NCBI GenBank assembly: GCA_951406725.2
Contig: OX597819.1
Coordinates: forward strand, 14,260,001-14,324,000
Length of the DNA stretch: 64,000 nt
Source: Octopus vulgaris
Lineage: Eukaryota
Direction: 5' to 3'
Shown here in pieces: positions 53,767 to 64,000 of this stretch; the stretch's first letter is position 1; each line of letters starts with the position of its first letter. Below the pieces are notes generated by a model. The model saw nothing but the letters and a program-made list of their open reading frames with translations, did no database searches and was not told where the DNA came from. A program made the position numbers and the translations under genes.

Positions 53767-53883
53767 TATCATCATCACTATTACTGGTTTGTTTTGCGTA
53801 AGGGGAAGGCGAGAAGAAATTGTTCGACGAGAAGAAATGAATAGGCGCCAATGGTAACACCTCCTCCTCATCATCATCATCAA

Positions 53884-53954
<71 letters not shown>

Positions 53955-54565
53955 ATATCAACAGCAACAATGGTCGCAACAGCAACGACGACGATGATGG
54001 TGTTGATGATGATGATGATGATTGGTGGTGGTGGTGATGATGATGATGACGTGATGAATAAAGATTAAAGTTTATTGAGGAGGCGGATTAAGAATGAACT
54101 GGTGATGTTGTGTCGTTCAAACCTTTCCACGAGCAAAAATCCAACTAAAATTTAACGGACATCATTATAATTAACTCATTAAACGTCTCCAGGGTAACAT
54201 AACAAACAGCCAGATCTTTGTCTCTGATGGCACAACAACCAACGATGACCTTCGTAATTCATTTTGCTCAAACCCCGTTCTTAACATGACCTTCCCTGCT
54301 GAGAGGTAAATCGCTTCTTTTGTGGAGGTTGATCGGTTTGTTCGAAATAATAGCAAAAACTACATCGAATTTTACATCGCTGTCTTGTCTTAGAAATGAC
54401 ACATTGGGTCATGTAGTCCTCGATAGACATACATCGCCGCCCCCGCTTCGCAAAAGTAAACGCAGCCGATACTTACAGATCGCTTCCATCATTGATCAGA
54501 GGTTAGCTTGATCACTGATTGATTTACAGCCGATATCTTCTGTATGGAATATAAAGTATATGGAA

Positions 54566-54669
<104 letters not shown>

Positions 54670-54853
54670 AGGGAGATAGACGGACAGACAGAAAGAGGCA
54701 GGGACAGAGACAGAGAAACAGTGAGGGAGATTGAGAAAGGGAGACGGAGAGAGACTGAGATACACACACACGGACAGAATTTGAGAAAGACAGAGTGAAC
54801 GAGAGAGAAAGGGAGAGAGAGAGAGGAAAAGAGAGAGAGTGAGAAGGAGAGAA

Positions 54854-54916
<63 letters not shown>

Positions 54917-55004
54917 TAGAAAGAATACGGTGAAGATAGAGAGATAAAGAGAGGGAAAGAGATAGAGAGTGAACGCGACACACGCACATACACACACACA
55001 GGGA

Positions 55005-55089
<85 letters not shown>

Positions 55090-55876
55090 GAGAGGAAAGA
55101 AAAGATGGATTAGTTATTGCATCTATCGTAGAAGTGCGGTGTGCAGGTTCAATTCCTGGTTGAACTTTATTCTTCACATCATGAGAAAAAATTACTACAA
55201 ACTAGACATTCTAATTAGTACAAAATTAAAACCAGCTAATTCACAGAAAATAGGCTATTACAAAAAAAATTGTATTAGTGCATAATTAACAATATAATTA
55301 GTACAAAAACTACACAATATGATTTCTACATGGACAGAATCTTCATTATGGGAGTTTAATTAATATAAACTGGAGATGAACAGTGTAATTATTATATATA
55401 ATCAGTTTAGTTAGTATACAGTTCAATTTGTAGTGTTTAAACAGTTGAATTAATTAAATTAGTACAGAACGGATTGTTTAATTAGTGGCAAGTTTAACTG
55501 GTACAGAATTGATATTTTAATGAATAATCACAGAACATTTTTATTTATAAAAATTAGATAATTTAATTGGTAGATAATTAAATGATTTAATTTTACTAAA
55601 ATCAGTGGTCAGCTTAATTAGCGCAATATTTTATTAGTAAAGCAGTTTAATTAATGAAGAATTTGATTTGTAGAAAAGCATAAAGGCTCTTTAATTAGTG
55701 TTAATTTAAAAATGATTAATTGGTAAAAATCCTAACTTTATTTGTTATACAAACAACACACATTTACAAAAAAAAAAAAAAAATAAAATAAAACAAAACA
55801 AAAAAATTCAAAGCATAAAAAACAAACCATTGGAAGAAAATGGTAAAAGTGGAAAAATGGTAGAATGTCTAGTATA

Positions 55877-56420
55877 CGAGAGTGAGTCAAAAAGTAATGC
55901 CATTTTGTTTAGGACCAACACAGGAACATGTATCATACATCAAAATGAAGCTGGTCTTCTGTGGATCACATCCCTACTTCTCACCAAAGTCACCGTTTCT
56001 CTCAATAGCAATGTTCCACCTTCCAATGAGAGCATGTACCCCTGCCCCGTAAAATTCTCTTGACTGTTCTTTCAGACACTTCTTCACTACAGTTTTCACT
56101 TTATCGTCACTGGAATAATGTTTGCCTCTCAAACACTCTTTCATGGCCCCGAAGAGCTGATAATCTGAATGCGCTAAATCTGGTGAGTGTGGAGGTAGTG
56201 AAGAAGTGGCTCAAAGAACAGTCAACAGAATTTTACGGGGCAGGAACACATGCTCGCATTGGAAGGTGGAACATTGCTATTGAGAGAAACGGTGACTATG
56301 TTGAGAAGTAGGGATGTGATCCACAGAAGACCAGCTTCATTTTGATGTATGATACATGTTCCTGTGTTGGTAATTATACCTGCCTTAAACAAAACGGCAT
56401 TACTTTTTGACTCACCCTCG
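55877..56420. mobile_element. mariner-derived palindromic MITE built from two 3' ends
   Basis: TA|CGAGAGTGAGTCAAAAAGTAATGCC...GGCATTACTTTTTGACTCACCCTCG|TA; ~200-bp arms encode the transposase C-terminus WLKEQSTEFY...RWNIAIERNGDYVEK*. Confidence 0.9.
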
Positions 56421-56870
56421 TACAAGTGCGACAGAAGTACAAGCACAGAAGTACAAGTAGCGGCATCTAGATAGTTGAATGATCTCCCTTGCAAGAAAGA
56501 TTATAGAGTCACCTCCCTTTTCTAAGTTTCTCGAAGCATCTCTATCATGAGACGTGATTCTTAATTATTCAAGAAGCTTAGCGTTTCTCTTGGAAGTTTC
56601 TAGAGTGTCTAGCGTTCCATTAATAAAAAAACCCAGCTTACTAACCCAGCTTTTCGCTTCTTAGTCGATTAGACTTAGAGCCATTCACATCATTGCTATG
56701 TCCATCTATTTCTCTTCGCCACATGACTGAAAACCACCACTTAGCTGTTATTTCTACATTTCCTATCTCTGAACTTTCTTACAAAGATTACTTCATTCAA
56801 CTAGATTCTACATTTTGATTCTACGCATCATCATCGACCAGTAAATAAAATATATTTCTATATATTTCTA

Positions 56871-57091
56871 GGCGGCGAGCTGGCAGAGACGTTAGCACGC
56901 CGGGCGAAATGCGTAGCCGTATTTCGTCTGCCGCTACGTTGTGAGTTCAAATTCCGCCGAGGTCGACTTTTCCTTTCATTCTTTCGGGGTCGATTAAATA
57001 AGTACCAGTTACGCACTGGGGTCGATATAATCGACTTAATCCGTTTGTTTGTCCTCTCTGTGTTTAGCCCCTTGTGGGTAGTAAAGAAATA
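56871..57091 (+). mobile_element. SINE family A monomer
   Basis: Full head; TSD-like TATATTTCTA. Confidence 0.85.
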
Positions 57092-57984
57092 TATATTTCT
57101 ATGTGAATTTATTCTTCATCTCTTTATGGATTTTGTAATAACATACACGAAGCCACATCAACACCTTGTACTGACTATATATTTGCACTACACTTCTTTC
57201 ACATCCACCAGGTTTTTCAACTTCTATTTCTTTCACTAGAACATTCTATCTTTCGTAATCAGACAATTGTGACAGGATGCATTTTAAATTCTTTTGAAGT
57301 AGCAGTTATTGTTCCTGGCATCAATTTTCCATCTCGTAACAAATATCGCAATGCTTCATTTTGCGTATCAGTTGTCATTCCGAGTTTTACCTTACGTCTT
57401 CTTAAATTTCCAACAATGCTTGATATTTTCTATTAAAATGTAAAAACAAGCCAGATGGTGTGACAATATTTCCATTTCCACTTCGATTTTAAAGAATTCC
57501 TTAGAGACACCAAGCATTATTTAAAAAATAATGTCTCTCAGGCTCAAAAATAACAGGAATTTATAAATAGGGTCAATAATCACACGGATTATATATTTAC
57601 AAATGTTACGATAATTTATGGAACAGAGGAAGTATTTGGTATGGGTGTCAGGTGACTGTTTAACTCTAAGCCAGGCTCAGTCAAGCAGATGATTAAAGAT
57701 TTATGATTAAAGACTTTCCGTCTTCTGTATGCCAAAAACTACATTGTTATATGTGACCAATTTCAACATCTACAATTTTTCATTCTTTCCCTCCCCCCGT
57801 CCCTTCTTCTCTTCCTCCTTCCGTCCGTCTCTCTTTCCCCCTCACTGACTTCCTTCTCCTCATTGACTCTAAGGAAGATTTGGTTACTATATCTAGCAGG
57901 TAGAGTATTCCGAAATTAGCTTGTTATTGTTTTAGCAGCAGCAGTAGTAGTAGTAGCAGCAGCAGCAGCAGCAGTAGTAGTAGC

Positions 57985-58025
<41 letters not shown>

Positions 58026-58421
58026 CAGCAGCAGTAGTAGTAGTAGTAGTAGCAGTAGTAGTAGTAGTAGTAGTAGTTGATGTTATTGTAGTGTTGAGAG
58101 ATTCTCAGCCACCATATTTATTGGAAGAGATCTAAAACCTTTCTAAAGTAAAAAGAAGATGGAAGAAAGAAAAGACAGAAAAGATGAAGGTTTTGTTGGG
58201 GCGTCGTTGTAATGAGGATGGCAGCCATCAAAGGAAATCTGCGTTCATTATGTAAGGAAGCCGCACAAAACACCGGGATCTTGCCATGCCCCTCGCTTTG
58301 TCGTTATTACACATAACCCAGTGAACCCCCACCCCACCTCTTTTGTAACGCTTTCCTTGCTGGCACACAAACAACAATAACAGCAAAGTACTATTTAGAG
58401 AAGGATAAATAGTAAGATGCA

Positions 58422-58466
<45 letters not shown>

Positions 58467-58672
58467 AGAGAGAAAGAGAGAATGGCGAGATAAAGAGATT
58501 GCAAGAAAGCCATGTTTGTCGGTTAGAGTATCCATTATAAAATCAACTTCCGGTGAGAGAGAAAGGGAACAAATAAAGAGAGTGAAAGGTTGTATAAAGA
58601 GAGGGATCTAAAAGGGGAAGAGGGCAGGTGTAGATGGAGGGTGAAGAGATGAAGAGAACGAGAAGGAGAGAT

Positions 58673-58707
<35 letters not shown>

Positions 58708-59010
58708 ATAGGTGTAGAATCTAATTTGATACCTGTCAAGTCAAACCGGTTTTTAGTGACATCATTACCGAACTTCAATTCATTCGTGGAGTATATCACG
58801 TGACCTGCATTTGTCAATCTTCCTATCCTGCATTAAATCTCTTTTAAATGGTCCTTTGCCACATTTTGCTCGCCTAAAAGAAAAATAAAGAAGAAAGAAA
58901 GTAGTAATTCAGTCCTTAATATAATGGCGTCCACGGAAATACATTTGTTTTCAATCATCTGCGATCGTTTATACAGACATAAGTATATCTGTCTCTTAAT
59001 GTATTTAGCT

Positions 59011-59511
59011 ACCAACCAACCAACCAACCAACTAGCCTCAGCCAACAAGCCAACCAGCCAACCAGCCAACCAGCCAACCAACCAACCAACCAACCAACCA
59101 ACTAACCAACCAACCAACCAACCAACCAACCAACCAACTAGCTAGCCAGTCAGCCAGCCAACCAACCAACCAACCAACCAACCAACACACCAACCAACCA
59201 ACCAACCAACCAACACACCAACCAACCAACCAACCAACCAACCAACCAACCAACACACCAACACACCAACCAACCAACCAACCAACCAACCAACCAACCA
59301 ACCAACCAACCAACTAGCCAACCAACACACCAACCAACCAACCAACCAACCAACCAACCAACCAACCAACCAACCAACCAACTAGCCAACCAACACACCA
59401 ACCAACCAACCAACCAACCAACTAGCCAACCAACACACCAACCAACACACCAACCAACCAACCAACCAACCAACCAACCAACCAACCGACCGATCGACCA
59501 ACCAGCCAACC
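59011..59511. repeat. (ACCA)n microsatellite
   Basis: direct inspection. Confidence 0.95.
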
Positions 59512-59526
59512 TACATACCTACTTAC

Positions 59527-59585
<59 letters not shown>

Positions 59586-60028
59586 TGTATGTATATAAAT
59601 AGACAGATATTGATAGATAGATAGATAGATACATACATACATACATACATATACATACATGTACACAAGCGCACACGCGTACATATATTTCTATATACCA
59701 GACATCAAGCATTTCGCCATTTTTCTTTTTCCACTCTTTATTTTTCCTGTTTCTTTTGGGTTTCTTTTGTTTTTCAGTTCTCTCTTTGTATTTCTATCAA
59801 TTTGAAAATTAGGAAAATAGGTAGTTATTGTGGTTGCTGGTGTGGTTTCCTCCTCCTCCTCCTCCTCCTCCTCCTCCTTCTTCTTCTTCTTCTTCTTCTT
59901 CTTCTTCTTCTTCTTCTTCTTCTTCTTCTTCTTCTTCTTCTTCTTCTTCTTCTTCTTCCATGTAAGCCAACATTGTATTGTCCTGCACCGTCCCATTGTT
60001 ATTTTTAACCCTGTGTGGTGAAAAAAAA

Positions 60029-60254
<226 letters not shown>

Positions 60255-60496
60255 TCGTGTGGGCCAAGAAGATGTTATTTACGACTCGTTTCAAAGAAGA
60301 AAAGATTTTACCAAAAATTCTCTCATGCTGAGAGTTTGGTTTTGTATTTTACGAAAGTTGATGGACGAGATTATGATTGAGGAATATTTCCTGCAACACC
60401 CGTTAATATAGAACAACCTATAATATAGAAAATAATGTGGAAAACAAGCAAAACCTGAATATTCTTTTAAATGAAACGCAAAATATTACAAATAAA

Positions 60497-60892
60497 TCTT
60501 TATATATAAAAGTGAGGTTGTGTGCTGTCTGTCTCCTACGATTTAGATTCCTAACTACTCCCACATTTTGCGGTGTAGTTTAACCAAAACCGGGTATCTT
60601 ATAGTCGTGATTTATATCGAGCCCTTCTGGGTATTAGCGCGCGTCTACGATGAGTCTACGATTAAAAAAAAATTACCATCAATTTTTCCCATTTTTAATG
60701 CATTTTTGGCATATATAAGGGAAGTAACTCTCTAAAAATTTATTATTAAATCTCAAAACGTAAAAAGCTACAGTAACACCCCCCTCCTTTGTGGTTAGCC
60801 ATATTGAGATGGCTATTATACTTTAAATCTCTAAAAATGCTTATATAGTTATTTCCCTTACAAACCCGAGCAACGCCGGGCGATACTGCTAG
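60497..60892 (+). mobile_element. Non-autonomous Helitron
   Basis: A|TC...CCCGAGCAACGCCGGG...CTAG|T. Confidence 0.85.
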
Positions 60893-61611
60893 TACTAACT
60901 AAAAAACAAACAAGCAGAAAAAATGACCAGACATTTTAATGACTCGGGTTAGTGATGTTGTCAGCAAAAACATCACCACCAGCACCACCACCAACAACAA
61001 AAACAACAACAACAGCAGCAACAACAACAGTATGCATGCGTGTGTAAGCGTTTGTTTGGGATTTTGTTCTGAAGGGAGACAGAAATCTCGCCTCGTAGGT
61101 TATTGATCAACTGAAAACCTGGACCAAATCCTTAAAGCAAAGTAGATTCCCCTTGATGGCAACCGAATGCCAGAAACGGGCTAAGTCTGTTGCGCAAGAA
61201 CTGTGTAAGCCAATCTGACGGGGTTTCTGAGCTGTTTCCATATTTCAAATTCTACAAAACTTTCGTCGACCTGTGACTCTTGCAATTGAAACTTGCCCCA
61301 GGTGCCTCGCAGAGGAATCAAACGCAGGATTATAATGATTTTAAAATGAAGGATTCAGTAACGGAACCCTGAAACATACTCTTTTACTGGTTTCACTCAT
61401 TTGACTGCGGCCATGCTGGAGCACCGCCTTTTGTCGAGCAAATCGACCCCAGCACTTATTCTTTGTAAGCCCAGTACTTATTCTATCTGTCTCTTAACGC
61501 ATTGAGTCGGAAGGATTCGTCTGGAGATCTGATGGTGATAACGAGAAATGGAGGCGAGCGAGCGAATTGGATGAACCTGGTAGAGATAGCAGGAGGGTAG
61601 TTAGAGGTTGT

Positions 61612-62058
61612 CCATATGAGAGGTTCTCTCATAGTAACGATCGCAGTATTTTGTGTTCTAATACAACATCCACTTTTAAGTGTGAGATAAATATTACTTT
61701 TTGGTATTAACACTCAATCTGTCGTCGCTATTAGTTATCCTTTTAATAATCCCTCTAGGTATTTGCAACACCAGTGCCTGGTGCCATTTAGGCAATGAGA
61801 TTTAATGTCTATCGCTAACGGAGTAGTCGCTGCTATTTCCATCAGTCGGATGTCTGCCATTGACAAGGTCTGGAAAGGCCGAAATCACGTGATCTGGTAG
61901 TCCGGGCCGTGGCGATGGCTGGTGATTATCTCCCGCAAGCGATATAAAAAAGAGTGCTTATATGCACCAAAAGACCATATGAGAGGTTCTCTCATGACAA
62001 ATAACGCGGTATCCCGTGTTCTAATACAACATCCACTTCTAAGTGGGGATAAATATTA
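61612..62058. repeat. ~85-bp direct repeats (61612-61696, 61975-62058) around a ~280-bp spacer
   Basis: CCATATGAGAGGTTCTCTCAT...GTGTTCTAATACAACATCCACTT...GATAAATATTA occurs twice. Confidence 0.85.
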
Positions 62059-62151
62059 ACTGGAGAGCACGGTAGCAGTGGTGAAAAAGGCAGGGTTGGG
62101 ACATAGCAGGGTGAAGGGCCTGGAATTGGAGTGTAATGTGGAGTGAGTGTA

Positions 62152-62981
62152 TACCTATTTCTTTACTACCCACAAGGGGCTAAACACAGAGAGGACAAAC
62201 AAGGAGAGACAAACGGATTAAGTCGATTACATCGACCCCAGTGCGTAACTAGTACTTAATTTATGGACCCCGAAAGGATGAAAGGCAAAGTCGACCACGG
62301 CGGAATTTGAACTCAGAACGTAACGGCAGACGAAATACGGCTACGCAATTCGCCCGGCGTGCTAACGTTTCTGCCAACTCGCCGCCTGTCAATTGGTTGG
62401 CCTATTTCAAGATGAATGCGACAGAGTGTGAGTCGGACAAGGAGTATGTGTGAGGGAGAAGGAAGGGTTCATTATCCTGTGGACAACCCAAGAGAGACTG
62501 GAGGACTGCAATGTCGCCATTGAATGACGTATCGATATTATGGCAATGATTAAAGCGGCAAACGGGCAGAGTCGTTAGCACGTTGAGCAGAATGCGTTGC
62601 GGCGTTTTGTTCGCCTTTACAGTCTGAGTTCAAATTCCACCAAGGCCGACTTTGCCTTTCATCGCTTTGGGGTCGATAAAATAAGTACCAGCTGAGCACT
62701 AGGGTCGATGTAATTGACCTACACCCCACGCCTACCGTAATTGCTGCCAAAATTTGAAACCATTAATAATAATAATTATTATTATTTCTTTACTACCCAC
62801 AAGGGGCTAAACATAGAGGGGACAAACAAGGACAGACAAAGGGATTAAGTCGATTACATCGACCCCAGTGCGAAACTGGTACCTTATTTATCGACCCCGA
62901 AAGGATGAAAGGCAAAGTCGACCTCGGCGGAATTTGAACTCAGAACGTAAAGACAGACGAAATACGGCTACGCATTTCGCC
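62152..62981. mobile_element. Three family A SINEs (62152-62386 minus, 62553-62762 plus and older, 62783-62981 minus)
   Basis: family homology. Confidence 0.8.
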
Positions 62982-63632
<651 letters not shown>

Positions 63633-63804
63633 GAGTAAGAGTAAGCACGATGTTGCCGTTGATGATGATGGTGATGATGATGATAGAAATGCTAACGACG
63701 ATGAAGATGATGATGATGATAATAATTAAGATGCTGCTATTGTTAGTGTTGTTGTTGATGATAGTACTGATGACGATGACGATGATGATGACGACGACGA
63801 CGAC

Positions 63805-63841
<37 letters not shown>

Positions 63842-63912
63842 CTGCTGCTGCTGATGATGATGATGATGACGATGACGATGACGATGATGATGATGATGAT
63901 GATGATGATGAC

Positions 63913-63946
<34 letters not shown>

Positions 63947-63954
63947 CTGATGAC

Positions 63955-64000
<46 letters not shown>

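Noticed and set aside
55100-55165. tRNA-like sequence with B box GGTTCAATTCC
   Set aside because: No convincing A box or cloverleaf.

Overview
AT-rich, microsatellite-saturated eukaryotic non-coding DNA. The SINE repertoire points to a coleoid cephalopod, probably Octopus (inference). No host protein-coding gene is recognisable, and almost all listed ORFs are simple-repeat artefacts. Mobile elements: one 5'-truncated CR1/L2-group LINE with an uninterrupted APE+RT ORF2 (43886-46858); degraded Tc1/mariner elements (maT-like, mariner, DD41D); R4/Dong-like and RTE LINE fragments; six copies of a ~395-bp non-autonomous Helitron; a TIR element with an 8-bp TSD; and three tRNA-derived SINE families. 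Three signals stand out. (1) Several minimal Penelope-type hammerhead ribozyme motifs occur, one of them fused behind a tRNA-Ser-like Pol III head, which suggests a ribozyme-tailed SINE. (2) One SINE forms 184-bp head-to-tail multimers with a fixed junction and repeatedly lands in older relatives at the homologous GGTATT site. (3) There are several long fold-back palindromes and locally templated copies.
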